Counted from the whole stretch's first letter, positions 40,033 through 50,485 are shown. The stretch: 62,848 nucleotides of DNA, filler included, from Bacteriovoracaceae bacterium (GCA_018649885.1; 3 parts of 3 records of this genome joined end to end with filler, not necessarily neighbours in it), one strand, 5' to 3'. Notes: a model not told the origin generated them from the sequence alone. Program-made: numbers and translations.

Positions 40033-41235
40033 ATGAAGTTCATCACCACCACCCTTGGCCTGCTGCTAACACTTTCGGCGGTAGCGAAGGCCCCAGAAAA
40101 ACCAAGTATTGATATTGCTATCTTGCTAGATACAAGTGGCAGTATGCAAGGTCTTATAGACCAAACAAGATCTCGAATATGGAAGCTAATTAATAAACTC
40201 GATGAGGTGAAACACACTGGTCTTCCCGTCGATATAAATGTTGGCCTCTACCAATACGGCAGCTCTTATGTCGATGCTGAAGAAAACTACATAAAACAAG
40301 TTGTGGCCTTATCCACAGATCACGATCTACTGGCAAAGGAGCTCTTCTCTCTTAAGGCCCAAGGATCAGTTGAGTATGCAGGGCTTGCCTTAGAAAAAGC
40401 AGTTTTGGATCTTGAATGGGGAACGGCTCCCGCTGGTCTTAAAACAATTTTTCTCGCAGGTAATGAGACTTTAAAACAAGGTAGTACAGATGTAGCCAGC
40501 TCCTTAGCACTGGCGCAAAGTAAAAATATTTTTGTAAATACTATTTATGCAAATAATACCGGAAGCTTTAGACCAACTCGAACTCTTCCTAGAGGACATC
40601 ACCTTCCAGGCCCACATAACGGTCCCGGTCCTCACATTCCTCTTCCTGGACTCGACCCAGTCCAACAGGAGTGGGAAAAAGCGGCCCTTCTTGGTGGAGG
40701 CTCCTTTTCTGTCATCCATCAAAATAAAAAGATAGTAGTGATCAAAACCCCTATGGATAAGAAAATTTTAGAACTTGATAAAAAAGTGAATAAGACTTTT
40801 GTTCCATTTGGAAAAGAAGGAAGTAGTTACTACAAGAGAATGATTGATCTCGATAGCAATATTGGAAATTCTTCGACTGATGATATGATCAATAGAGGAA
40901 GATACAAGGCCGGTGGTCACTACAATATTAAAAATTGGGACCTTGTTGAAGCTGCCAAAGAGACAACTTTTAAATTAGAAGATTTAAAAGATGACGATCT
41001 TCCAGATCAGCTTAAAGGAAAATCAGTAGAAGAAATTGAGCTCTACCTATTACAAAAAGAGCAACTCAGAAATAAGCTTAAGCAGCAGATTAAAAACCTC
41101 TACGTAGAAAGAGAAGCATTTATCAAAAAAGAGATGGATCGTCTTGAAACAGAAAATGGAGTTGATCCAATTGATTCTGCAATGTTTGACTCCCTTGCTG
41201 GAAAACTTAAAGAATCTGGTTTTGAACTAAACTAA
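40033..41235 (+). CDS. Secreted von Willebrand factor A domain protein
   Basis: Signal peptide; MIDAS LLDTSGSM; AGNE; start reassigned to ATG 40033 with AGGAG RBS. Confidence 0.88.
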   Translation: MKFITTTLGLLLTLSAVAKAPEKPSIDIAILLDTSGSMQGLIDQTRSRIWKLINKLDEVKHTGLPVDINVGLYQYGSSYVDAEENYIKQVVALSTDHDLLAKELFSLKAQGSVEYAGLALEKAVLDLEWGTAPAGLKTIFLAGNETLKQGSTDVASSLALAQSKNIFVNTIYANNTGSFRPTRTLPRGHHLPGPHNGPGPHIPLPGLDPVQQEWEKAALLGGGSFSVIHQNKKIVVIKTPMDKKILELDKKVNKTFVPFGKEGSSYYKRMIDLDSNIGNSSTDDMINRGRYKAGGHYNIKNWDLVEAAKETTFKLEDLKDDDLPDQLKGKSVEEIELYLLQKEQLRNKLKQQIKNLYVEREAFIKKEMDRLETENGVDPIDSAMFDSLAGKLKESGFELN

Positions 41236-41242
41236 AGGTCAC

Positions 41243-41271
41243 AGTGGCTGCAATTTAAGATTGCAGTCACT
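41243..41271. terminator. Hairpin between convergent genes, probable bidirectional terminator
   Basis: AGTGGCTGCAAT-ttaag-ATTGCAGTCACT. Confidence 0.65.
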
Positions 41272-41279
41272 TCTTCTAC

Positions 41280-41813
41280 TTATGTTTCATCATCATCGTC
41301 AGAAGAAGATGAACTTTCTGAATACTCCGCTTCGAATACTTTTGTACCAATTTGTGATTCAGTATGTGAAGAAGGCCCAGCAGATTGTGAGTCAAAGTTT
41401 GACTGAAAACTTTGAAAATTGATATTACTGGCAAAGTGAATATTTCCTGTTTCAATCCCTTTTTTAAAGTATCCTTTTAACAAAGATACTAAGAGGTGAC
41501 GACTTCCAGGAATTACCATGGAAAGCCCTAATATATCGGTCAAAAAACCAGGAGTTAAAAGTAAGAGTCCACCTCCAAAAACTAAGAGCCCATGAATGAA
41601 CTGATTCGCTGGAAGCTGTCCTTTTGACATTTCAGATTGAATCTTCCCCAGTATGGATAGGCCTTCTGATTTAGCTAATGCTGCCCCCACAAGTCCAGTC
41701 AACAGTACAATGCCAATGGTGTAGCCTCCGCCAATAGCACTAGAAGCTGTAATCAGCAGATATATCTCAAGGGCCGGAACCACAGTAAATAAAAGCAAGA
41801 GAACGAAAAACAT
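41280..41813 (-). CDS. fxsA: FxsA family membrane protein
   Basis: VPALEIYLL, GGLLLLTPGFLTDILG. Confidence 0.9.
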   Translation of the reverse strand: MFFVLLLLFTVVPALEIYLLITASSAIGGGYTIGIVLLTGLVGAALAKSEGLSILGKIQSEMSKGQLPANQFIHGLLVFGGGLLLLTPGFLTDILGLSMVIPGSRHLLVSLLKGYFKKGIETGNIHFASNINFQSFQSNFDSQSAGPSSHTESQIGTKVFEAEYSESSSSSDDDDET

Positions 41814-42054
41814 AGCGATCAACCCCCTTAGTAACGATTGCGATCACCAATTTCCGTACACATTAAAACTTTAGGTGGATAGTGTGAATACTAAAATCGA
41901 AGTCCCCCACATTTGGCACCGCGAAGAGAGTTGAATCGTTAGATAAGCTTGCAGATATTTTAGTAAGTTAGCTCAACAGTGTGTGGCAATAATGTCATAT
42001 TGGCATGATCTTAAACTCCTCTTAGTATTATTTTAAAATACCAAAGGAGACAAT

Positions 42055-42783
42055 ATGAAATTCGTGATTCTTATACTTTGTATCTTTTCAGCTGGCGTCT
42101 ACAGTGACACAAACATCGATTCAAAAAAATTCAACTCACTCAATAAATTTATAAAGAAAAACCTAAGTGGATACGTGCAGGCAAAAGTCGACAGTGTGAA
42201 ATTATCAAATTTTGACGGTTTACTTTCACAACTCTCAACTAGCTACAATATTTTAAAATTCAAAAACCAAGAGATTTATACTATTAAATCAGATCAAAGT
42301 TACCACTACCTTGATGGAAGCTTACTTATCGCTATAAACGTAACTGTCTATCCTAAAACAGTTGAAAAAAGAAAAGCCTTATTAAAGGAAAACAAAAATG
42401 AAATTCAAAAACTAAGGAACTTATTTCTAAGTAAATACTTTATTTTCGATGTTAAAGAAGTGAAAAAAATCGAGCATATAAAAAGTCTTGCGGTAACAGT
42501 GAGTTCAAAAAATAGTAGTACCTACATTAAAGATTTCTATATTGTTGCCCGTCCAGATCCAAAAAATTTGAGTGTGCACTATAAAATCAATGCAAGAGTT
42601 AATGCCACTCATATTCTAGTTGATCAATTGCGCTCCACACTAACAAATATGATCGATAGCATTGTAGCCGATACTAAGCCGGATAACCTGGAAAAAGAGC
42701 AAATCTCACAACTGGGCTCAAAGATAGTAAAGAAATTGTGTAAAACAGAGTTAAACTGCGAACACCGCAAAGCAGCCAAGTAG
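42055..42783 (+). CDS. Exported hypothetical protein
   Basis: AAGGAG RBS, signal peptide, 242 aa. Confidence 0.75.
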   Translation: MKFVILILCIFSAGVYSDTNIDSKKFNSLNKFIKKNLSGYVQAKVDSVKLSNFDGLLSQLSTSYNILKFKNQEIYTIKSDQSYHYLDGSLLIAINVTVYPKTVEKRKALLKENKNEIQKLRNLFLSKYFIFDVKEVKKIEHIKSLAVTVSSKNSSTYIKDFYIVARPDPKNLSVHYKINARVNATHILVDQLRSTLTNMIDSIVADTKPDNLEKEQISQLGSKIVKKLCKTELNCEHRKAAK

Positions 42784-42861
42784 ATTTTTCTTAGGTTTTC
42801 TATAAGAATATGATAGTTAATGCGGTAAAAAAAAAGATCAATTCTTAAAAAAGGTATTATT

Positions 42862-43341
42862 TTGAAAGTTTCAGACGATCATGTCGTATCAATTCACTAC
42901 ACTCTTACCAATGAAAAGGGTGAAACACTAGACTCCTCAATAGGCGCTGAACCTTTGATTTTTATCCAAGGTAAAAAGCATATCATTCCAGGTCTTGAAG
43001 ACGCTCTTACTGGAAAAGAAACTGGTGAAAAACTCAAAGTTACAATCCCACCTGAAAAAGCTTATGGCCCAAGAAATGACGAAATGGTTCAAGCTATTCC
43101 AAGAGCTGAGTTTGGAGAAAATGAGCAAATTGATCCGGGAATGCAATTCCAAGCTGATACTGACAATGGACCTGTTATATTAACTGTTGTTGAAGTAAAA
43201 GATGAAGAAGTCGTTGTAGATGGAAATCATCCTCTTTCTGGCATTACTCTTTGCTTTGATGTTGAAGTAGTAGAAGTAAGAGAGGCCACTGAAGAAGAGC
43301 TTTCAGAAGGTCACGTTCACGGACCAGGCTGCCAACACTAG
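42862..43341 (+). CDS. slyD: FKBP-type peptidyl-prolyl isomerase SlyD
   Basis: VSIHYTL, IIPGLE.AL, PEKAYG, VDGNHPL.G..L.FDVEV, short His/Cys tail. Confidence 0.94.
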   Translation: MKVSDDHVVSIHYTLTNEKGETLDSSIGAEPLIFIQGKKHIIPGLEDALTGKETGEKLKVTIPPEKAYGPRNDEMVQAIPRAEFGENEQIDPGMQFQADTDNGPVILTVVEVKDEEVVVDGNHPLSGITLCFDVEVVEVREATEEELSEGHVHGPGCQH

Positions 43342-43363
43342 AAAATATTCTTACATATATATG

Positions 43364-43399
43364 AGGAGGCAATAACACTTTTTATTGCCTCCTTTTTTT
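43364..43399 (+). terminator. Rho-independent terminator of slyD
   Basis: AGGAGGCAATAA-loop-TTATTGCCTCCT followed by a T run. Confidence 0.85.
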
Positions 43400-43421
43400 G
43401 TATAAAAATTGCACAAGAAAA

Positions 43422-45230
43422 TTAGAGATATTCGCTTATTTTAGGTAAAAAAGATTCTGCATACCGATCGCACTTATTTTGTCCTACACCGTTTACCATT
43501 AGAAATTCTGTTTTATCCCTAGGAAGAAGTAAGCACATGTCACGGAGAGATTTGTCGCTAAAAATAATATAAGGGGGAATGCTTGCTTTTTTTGCTAGCT
43601 CAAGTCTAATTGATCTAAGCTCCTCAAATAAATCATCATTGTCATGAGCTGTATCAATATGTCTTGTAGATTTAGTTTTCTTAGTGGATTTTTTGCTCTC
43701 AACTCTTTGAACTCTTACTTCAAGTTTCTGAGCTCCTGATAGAAGATCCTTACTTTTTTCAGTTAGACAAAAATTTCGATATTCCCAGTTTTTAACTCTG
43801 ATAAAGCCTTGGTTTAAAAGTTGCCTGAGAATACTGCCCAAATAAGTTTTTGACCTAGATTTCCCTATTCCAAAAACACTGAGCTGATCGTGGCCTCTTT
43901 CAAGAACCTTGGCATTTTTTGAACCTCTAAGGACATCTATTATATAACCGGCTCCATAGATTTGATTAGTTCGGTATATTGCTGAAAGAATCTTTTGGGC
44001 ATCCTCTGTGGCATCACATGTATCAGCAGGTACTAGGCATGAGTCACAATTTCCACAGTCCTGATCCAATTTCTGCCCAAAGTAACTAAGCAGAAATATC
44101 CTCCTGCAACTAACACTTTCACACAAACAAAGCATACTATCGAGCTTGGCCCTGGCCACTTTTTTGTAGCTTTCTATGGCCTGCGTTGTCTCCAGCATTT
44201 GAGAGAGCTTTACAACATCTTGAAGGCCATAGACCATCCAAGCATTTGAAGGCCTACCATCTCTTCCGGCCCTTCCTGTCTCTTGATAATAACCTTCAAT
44301 ACTTTTGGGAAGATCTAGGTGAGCGACAAATCTCACATCAGGCCTGTCAATTCCCATACCAAAGGCAATGGTGGCCACAACAATTAAATCTTCTTCAGTG
44401 TTAAACAGATCCTGACTTCGCTCCCTTACCTCAGTGCTGAGTCCAGCGTGATAGCAAACAGCGTTGTGTCCCAATTGACATAGCTTTTCGGCTACCCTTT
44501 CCACTTTCTTTCTTGAAAGACAGTAAACGATGCCACACTCGCCTGAATGATTGGCCTTAATAAACTGATCAAGCTGTTTAATTTCATCAGCTCGTTCAAG
44601 AATTTGATATTTGATATTGGGTCTATCAAAGGAGTCCACAAAAATAGTTGGAGAATTAAGCCCTAGCTGCAGTGAAATATCACCGCGGGTTTTCTCATCG
44701 GCAGTGGCAGTCAGAGCAAGCATTGTGACATTTGGGAAAATAGTTTTTAATTCACCTAGCCTAATATAGTCGGCCCTAAACTCATGGCCCCATTGTGAAA
44801 CACAGTGGGCCTCATCAATGGCAATCAATGAGATATTAAAATTTTGAAGGAACCTATAAATACCTGGGCTTAGAATGCCTTCAGGAGAAACATAAACCAA
44901 ATTGACATGACCACTCTTGATATCTGATTTAACAGATTCTTTTTCACTGGCACTTTGACTGGAGTTTAAAAAGCAGGCCTTGATTCCGTGCTCTTTAAGC
45001 CCGGTAACCTGGTCTTTCATCAGGGAGATCAAAGGCGAGATAACAATCACCACACCCTCGCTATAAAGTGCAGGAATTTGATAACACAAAGATTTTCCGC
45101 CGCCTGTAGGCATTATGGTTAGAGTGTCTTTTCCCTCAAGCACGCTAGTGATAGTGGCCAATTGGTGGCCTCTAAAGTTCTCATAGCCGAAGTATTTTTT
45201 TAGAATGTTGTGGAGTTTACTCTCTGTCAT
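43422..45230 (-). CDS. recQ: ATP-dependent DNA helicase RecQ
   Basis: [39 protein letters not shown] Zn cysteines, HRDC domain. Confidence 0.97.
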   Translation of the reverse strand: MTESKLHNILKKYFGYENFRGHQLATITSVLEGKDTLTIMPTGGGKSLCYQIPALYSEGVVIVISPLISLMKDQVTGLKEHGIKACFLNSSQSASEKESVKSDIKSGHVNLVYVSPEGILSPGIYRFLQNFNISLIAIDEAHCVSQWGHEFRADYIRLGELKTIFPNVTMLALTATADEKTRGDISLQLGLNSPTIFVDSFDRPNIKYQILERADEIKQLDQFIKANHSGECGIVYCLSRKKVERVAEKLCQLGHNAVCYHAGLSTEVRERSQDLFNTEEDLIVVATIAFGMGIDRPDVRFVAHLDLPKSIEGYYQETGRAGRDGRPSNAWMVYGLQDVVKLSQMLETTQAIESYKKVARAKLDSMLCLCESVSCRRIFLLSYFGQKLDQDCGNCDSCLVPADTCDATEDAQKILSAIYRTNQIYGAGYIIDVLRGSKNAKVLERGHDQLSVFGIGKSRSKTYLGSILRQLLNQGFIRVKNWEYRNFCLTEKSKDLLSGAQKLEVRVQRVESKKSTKKTKSTRHIDTAHDNDDLFEELRSIRLELAKKASIPPYIIFSDKSLRDMCLLLPRDKTEFLMVNGVGQNKCDRYAESFLPKISEYL

Positions 45231-45377
45231 CAACTCCACTGTAACGAATCTATAAAGGGGCAGTAAATAAATAAAATTGAGAAAAACATTTTACTCGAAA
45301 ATGAAAAAATATTTTCAGTATAGAGCTCTATCTATTTAATTTAATTAATCACTACTCAACTTAAATAAAAAGCGAAT

Positions 45378-45405
45378 TCAAGCTTTTTGTAATACACGCC
45401 GAAAT
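45378..45405 (+). promoter_or_regulatory. Putative sigma28 (FliA) promoter
   Basis: TCAAG-N15-GCCGAAAT upstream of the 45451 gene. Confidence 0.6.
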
Positions 45406-45450
45406 GAGTCAAGAATAAGATTTAACGAAATTTTCCTTTTGGAAAGGTTG

Positions 45451-46068
45451 ATGAAAATGAAAAAAATAGCATGCAGTGTTGTAATGATATTTCTCACAAT
45501 GGGACTAGCATCAGCTAAAGATGATTCCTCCTCAGATCCCGTATTTGTCTCAAGTGATAGTGAGTGTTTTGATAAATTCACACTCAAGGCGGATAAAAAA
45601 AATAAAAAACCTGGCTTTTGGAATGATTTTAGAAAAGGCTTCGCCAAAAGAGTAAGAACTTATGATGATGGCGAAATTGGCCATAGTAAGCCTCGGTATC
45701 ACTTTACATCTGAAGAGATAGAGGACTCCTCAGCAAGCTCAAGCGGGTCAGGTAGTGCAGGTCACAAGCTACAAAACCCAACTGAAGACGCTGAGGCCTA
45801 TTGGTATAAATTGCAGGCAGAAGCAGTAAAGATAGACCCAAAAATAACAGATCAGAAGCTTGAGGAAATCTACTATAGCGGTTTCGAAAATGACACATTC
45901 TGCTCTGGAAGAGGGCCAAAAAAACTCTATGGAAAAGTTAGAATCAAACGATATGTCTTAGAATCTGTTCAAATCCAAAAAGACTCTGATGATAGCGGTC
46001 GAGATATTTCAGGAGATGAGGCTCCAGCTGCCAGTAGAGAGAGCGAAGTTGATGCCGTTCCAGAATAG
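45451..46068 (+). CDS. Exported hypothetical protein
   Basis: Signal peptide (..GLASA/KDD); acidic tail. Confidence 0.75.
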   Translation: MKMKKIACSVVMIFLTMGLASAKDDSSSDPVFVSSDSECFDKFTLKADKKNKKPGFWNDFRKGFAKRVRTYDDGEIGHSKPRYHFTSEEIEDSSASSSGSGSAGHKLQNPTEDAEAYWYKLQAEAVKIDPKITDQKLEEIYYSGFENDTFCSGRGPKKLYGKVRIKRYVLESVQIQKDSDDSGRDISGDEAPAASRESEVDAVPE

Positions 46069-46090
46069 ATAATAGTCCACGGACACAACT

Positions 46091-47653
46091 CTACTTACAC
46101 AACTTGTAACTATCAGTATCCCAATCATAACTTACATACTGACTATCGAGGGCGCGAAAGTACTTGCAGCCTTTATGCTTGTAGATGTCATCAAAAATTG
46201 CAGGAGCCAGTTCCTTAACACGATCTTTAAGTGACTTTATTTCTGAGAAACTCAAAGAAATGGCCTTTGAATGGTGAAGAATATAAACTCCGTCATCGTT
46301 TTTTGAAAGAAGGTAGCTATCATAAATAGTATTTGATGGGCGATCAAATTCGTCTCTACCAAGAGACCACAGCTTTTCGAATTCTGCCTGATAACTATCC
46401 AGCACTGCAATGTATGCCTGCCCTTTTAAAAAGATCATATTATCAAATTGCTTATGCTCAGCATTTTTTGAAACATTGTAAGAGCCAGTCAAAATTGAGC
46501 CATGGTTCCCGTGATCAAAAATAAAGAATTTATGATGATTGAGAAGCCAATATCTTGGACTAGGAGCATGTGAATAAAATTTAACTCTCACAGGTGAGGG
46601 CCTTCCCGCAACTAACTGTCCAAGTGCTCTCCAGTCGGCCACAAAATTGGGAGTCATCTCTTTGGTATCAACTCCATCAATGTACTCTTGATTATCAACG
46701 TAGAGCTTAACATCCACTCCCCGCTTAACTGCTTCAATCAACTCAATCTCAATATCTTTTATATTAAAATGATTGAGAACTGCCGTGACTGAATGCTTTG
46801 CATTTCTAATGCTTTTAATAATGCGGTCTCTTACTGTCCAACTTTTAACACCATCAATTTTTTTGGCGCTCATTTTGAGATATCTTCCGACCGTGATATC
46901 TGCCCCCAACTCCTCTGATTTTGAATAGTGAAAATTCATGGAGCTTGAATAAAATCCAAAGTGGGAGCTCTCAGAAACCTTTGATACGATTCCCTGCTCC
47001 TGAGACAGTGGAGATTCAACACCTTCACCATGGGTAATAACATCTTTCGAGCTATTCCATAGAAACTTAAACTCGCGCTCCAGTGCCTTTATCGCCTTGT
47101 CAGCTGTATCCCCTGCACTAACACTTTCAAAAAATAAGAAGTTTTCACTATAGCGTGTTTTGGCCCCACTACTAAAATTAGCACTTGAATTGACGGCCTT
47201 GATGCCATCTACAATGGTAAATTTCTCGTGCATATTTTTTGTGTGCCTTTTTATCATCACTCCCGCAGCTTCAAGAGCTTTAATTCTTTTTTGTAGTGAT
47301 TTTTTTCTGGCAAGGGCCGGATGAAGAACCAACCTAACTTTCACTTCACTATTATTTGATAGGGCCTTTAAAAGCGCCTTATCAAAATCTTTATCTTTCC
47401 AACTATACACAGTGACATGGACATAGCTTGTCGCCGATTCAATCATTTTATAAGTAGTGGCAAAGGCCTTCTCTCCCTCCCACGGTGAGAACATAGAATA
47501 AATTTTTCCTGGATCAATGGGTTTTTGTTTGAGCTCATTTGAATTTGGGACAAGTCTTTGTCTGTGAGTGTTATTATCACCGCATGAGCTCAGAGTGAGT
47601 AAAATTGAAATTATGAGAAAAAATGGACTCATTCGCAGTAAAAGTGCTTTCAT
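46091..47653 (-). CDS. Phospholipase D-superfamily lipoprotein (two HKD motifs)
   Basis: Lipobox LSSC; HEKFTIVD...SSANF and HHKFFIFD...GSYN. Confidence 0.88.
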   Translation of the reverse strand: MKALLLRMSPFFLIISILLTLSSCGDNNTHRQRLVPNSNELKQKPIDPGKIYSMFSPWEGEKAFATTYKMIESATSYVHVTVYSWKDKDFDKALLKALSNNSEVKVRLVLHPALARKKSLQKRIKALEAAGVMIKRHTKNMHEKFTIVDGIKAVNSSANFSSGAKTRYSENFLFFESVSAGDTADKAIKALEREFKFLWNSSKDVITHGEGVESPLSQEQGIVSKVSESSHFGFYSSSMNFHYSKSEELGADITVGRYLKMSAKKIDGVKSWTVRDRIIKSIRNAKHSVTAVLNHFNIKDIEIELIEAVKRGVDVKLYVDNQEYIDGVDTKEMTPNFVADWRALGQLVAGRPSPVRVKFYSHAPSPRYWLLNHHKFFIFDHGNHGSILTGSYNVSKNAEHKQFDNMIFLKGQAYIAVLDSYQAEFEKLWSLGRDEFDRPSNTIYDSYLLSKNDDGVYILHHSKAISLSFSEIKSLKDRVKELAPAIFDDIYKHKGCKYFRALDSQYVSYDWDTDSYKLCK

Positions 47654-47766
47654 TAACTACCTTTTTTGAATTGGATAAATATGAACTCAGCTGGGCCCAT
47701 ATATATCCAAGCAAGGATCTGAAAACAACCCATTTATGAAGAGTTTACGCGAAATGTCATTTTTTT

Positions 47767-48252
47767 TTAATAATCTAGCCCCGATTTCCTTATATGAACT
47801 TTAGGCAAGGCCTTTTCATCACCCACAATGCTGTGGATCACTTCTGCCACTACCAATTGGTGGTCCCCTGGACTGTGAGACTCTTTGATCTTGCAAATCA
47901 TAGTTGATTTGGCCCGTGAGATTACCACGGCACCATTATCAATTGATATGTGCTCAATTTCACTAAAGGGGTCCGTATTGGGATCATAACCTTTCCAGAA
48001 ATGCTTTAAGTATGAGGCGTCGTGATCACCCACAACGTTGATAGAGAAGACAGTGCCCTTTGTGATCAGGTCATAGGCAGGTCTTCCTGGCTTGAGGCAT
48101 AGGCCAACGAGCAAAGGATCAAATGAGATTTGCTGGACCCAACTTGCTAAAAAACCGTCTATCCTCGAGCTTTCAGGATCTTTGGCGCACACAATAAAAA
48201 GGCCGCTGGGAATATGGCCCACAGCTTTTGCTACTTCACTTCTATCTGACAT
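47767..48252 (-). CDS. Flavin reductase family protein
   Basis: IPSGLFIV, ASWVQQISFDP, GDH.L.VAEV. Confidence 0.9.
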   Translation of the reverse strand: MSDRSEVAKAVGHIPSGLFIVCAKDPESSRIDGFLASWVQQISFDPLLVGLCLKPGRPAYDLITKGTVFSINVVGDHDASYLKHFWKGYDPNTDPFSEIEHISIDNGAVVISRAKSTMICKIKESHSPGDHQLVVAEVIHSIVGDEKALPKVHIRKSGLDY

Positions 48253-48368
48253 TTTGATCTCCTTAAGATTAATTTTACTTGAAATAGGGTTTTTTTTGCC
48301 CTATTTTAAAATTATAGATTGAGTTTTGCAAATGCAATATTAAAAGAAATAATTTCCGGAGAATCTCT

Positions 48369-48713
48369 ATGAGTTATGAGTTTTATAAAGTAGTCCATCT
48401 TATGTGTCTTATCTTAGTGGTGAGCTGCCTTGGTATTGGATTTTTTTCAGGTACTCCTAGAAAGTGGGCCCGCATGCTCGGCATGGGATCTTCACTCTTT
48501 CTTTTCATTGCAGGATTCGGACTACTGGCCAAAGGAAATTTTTCTCCTTGGCCTCTATGGGTAAAAATAAAAATTGTTATTTGGGTAGTTCTTGCAGGAT
48601 CTGGCCCTATATTGGCCAAACGTTTAAAGAGTAATAGAGAAATTGCTTTTTTTGGGCTACTCGCCCTCTTCTCTGCAGCTATAATTTTGGCCGTGGTGAA
48701 ACCTTACTCCTAA
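48369..48713 (+). CDS. Small four-TM membrane protein (SirB/DUF2269-like)
   Basis: YEFYKVVHL, W...K..IW, C-terminal KP. Confidence 0.7.
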   Translation: MSYEFYKVVHLMCLILVVSCLGIGFFSGTPRKWARMLGMGSSLFLFIAGFGLLAKGNFSPWPLWVKIKIVIWVVLAGSGPILAKRLKSNREIAFFGLLALFSAAIILAVVKPYS

Positions 48714-48793
48714 TACTCAGTAAACCAATTGACTATGTTAATTAATTTTTTTTGCTTTAATTTCTTTAAACCATCCTCAAGACTACCCTTATT

Positions 48794-48824
48794 TAATAGG
48801 GCCATTACAATAATGGCCCTATTA
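48794..48824. terminator. Perfect hairpin between convergent genes
   Basis: TAATAGGGCCATTA-caa-TAATGGCCCTATTA followed by a T run. Confidence 0.75.
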
Positions 48825-48857
48825 TTTTTCCCTAAAATTGAGAGGATTTGATTGGAC

Positions 48858-49505
48858 TTAACTTTTTGATTTCTCAGCTTTTTCCTTAATTTGATTATTC
48901 TTTTGGATCACCCTTCTGTGACTTCTAGATGAGTGCCATCTTCTCACTTGAGTTTTTGTAGGTCTGTAATCAAATTCCCTTGCGATTTGATAGATTTTCT
49001 TTAAATTTCTGGCCGTGTCTAAAAATAAAATTTTAGATGAGTTTTTTTGAACTGCGCTTCTGCCATAGCGGCTCATGAGAGGTCGCATGACTGCTTGAAT
49101 TTCTGAGGCCACCATTGGATGTTTGGCCACATAAATGAGTTGATGGTAATTTGAATTGTCAGGGATTTTTGGTTCCTGGTTTGCTTTGACTTTTATGATG
49201 GGAGAGGCGTGATAACGAATATTTCTTGAGCTAATAATATTCCATTTATTTTGTCCCATGGGAATAACTGAATAGCCGTGAGTCGAGAGTATGTCTGACA
49301 AAAATCTATTCGCATTACTTTTATCAAGTTTCAAATTCGCTGAAGTAAAAATATCTCCTTTTAGCTCTTCAGAGGACATATATTCATGACCGGTTAACTC
49401 TGATACAGATCCTACACACTCTTTAATAGTTTTACACACACCCGCAAAACTTAGTGCAGGAACCAGTACTAGTATTGTGATGACCAAAGGCCCTATTTTT
49501 TTCAT
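48858..49505 (-). CDS. Stand-alone secretin (GspD) N0/N1-domain-like exported protein
   Basis: Signal peptide; VSELTG..Y.....LKG.I, IL.THGYSVI, RPLMSRYG......S..I...DT..NL.KI..I...FD; no C-terminal secretin barrel. Confidence 0.7.
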   Translation of the reverse strand: MKKIGPLVITILVLVPALSFAGVCKTIKECVGSVSELTGHEYMSSEELKGDIFTSANLKLDKSNANRFLSDILSTHGYSVIPMGQNKWNIISSRNIRYHASPIIKVKANQEPKIPDNSNYHQLIYVAKHPMVASEIQAVMRPLMSRYGRSAVQKNSSKILFLDTARNLKKIYQIAREFDYRPTKTQVRRWHSSRSHRRVIQKNNQIKEKAEKSKS

Positions 49506-49623
49506 TAAAACGTTCTCCCTAAAAAAAAGTACAATTGCTTAGGATTTTCATCTTGCCCTATCTCTAAATTAAATTGTTAGGTTTTTGTCAATTTATTGAA
49601 ATTTTTCAGTATAATAGGAGGTC

Positions 49624-50319
49624 ATGAAACTCATTATGACAGGTGGAGGAGACTCAAAGTATTTCTCTGAGCTAGACTCCCACTTTTATTCTCTTCTTTC
49701 ACTAAGCCCAACTCTTTTGGTCATTCCCCTAGCGGAAGAGGATGATGACTTTGAGTATTCGCTTGAGAGAATAACTGAATCTTTTTCTAGCATCCATTTT
49801 GAAGAAATAAAGATGTGTACTGATCTAAGGGCCTTAAACTGGGACTATCTTGAGAGTTTTGATGCCGTCTACATTGATGGTGGTAATACCTTCAAACTGA
49901 TGGAGTCTATAAGGCAATCTCATTTGTATGAGCTGCTCAGAAGATTTCTACATCGAGGCGGAATCATAAATGGTGATAGTGCAGGGGCCATCATCATGGG
50001 CTCCCATCTAGAAACCGCCCACTTTGGTGAGCATGGTGATGAAAATGATTCTGAGCTCATTAGTTATCAAGGACTCAATTTGATTGGGGACCTCGCCATT
50101 CATTGTCACTACAATAAATCAGAGGACAGCGAAATTCGAGACTTTGTATCTGAATGCGGTCTGCCTGTGCTGGCCTTGACTGAAGAGACGGGTCTGTCCC
50201 TAGAAGAAAATGTCATTAAGGTTTTCGGCTTTGCCCAGGCAACATTATTTGGCCTTGAGAAAATGATTACTATAAAAGTGGGAGAAAAATTTTGTCTGGA
50301 CTCAGAAACGTTCTACTAA
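49624..50319 (+). CDS. Peptidase S51 family (PepE/cyanophycinase-like)
   Basis: YIDGGNT, nucleophile GDSAGA, HCHY. Confidence 0.88.
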   Translation: MKLIMTGGGDSKYFSELDSHFYSLLSLSPTLLVIPLAEEDDDFEYSLERITESFSSIHFEEIKMCTDLRALNWDYLESFDAVYIDGGNTFKLMESIRQSHLYELLRRFLHRGGIINGDSAGAIIMGSHLETAHFGEHGDENDSELISYQGLNLIGDLAIHCHYNKSEDSEIRDFVSECGLPVLALTEETGLSLEENVIKVFGFAQATLFGLEKMITIKVGEKFCLDSETFY

Positions 50320-50339
50320 CCCTACTCATTCTCAGTGGC

Positions 50340-50376
50340 CTATGACTAAACAGTAGTCTATGACTAAACAGTAGTC
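50340..50376. promoter_or_regulatory. Two tandem 18-bp units, each carrying the palindrome GACTA-N5-TAGTC (candidate enhancer/UAS)
   Basis: CTATGACTAAACAGTAGT x2, roughly 60-95 bp upstream of a sigma54 motif. Confidence 0.6.
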
Positions 50377-50433
50377 ACCACGACCCAAACTATACAAATC
50401 CGACCCCACTTTCAGCTACTTATCAGATTTTTC

Positions 50434-50449
50434 TGGCACTATTCTTGCT
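50434..50449 (+). promoter_or_regulatory. Sigma54 (-24/-12) promoter
   Basis: TGGCAC-TATTC-TTGCT matches TGGCAC-N5-TTGCW; 36 nt upstream of ATG 50486. Confidence 0.75.
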
Positions 50450-50485
50450 CTTTTAAAAAGAAAAAATTTGCTGGGAGAAATCTAG

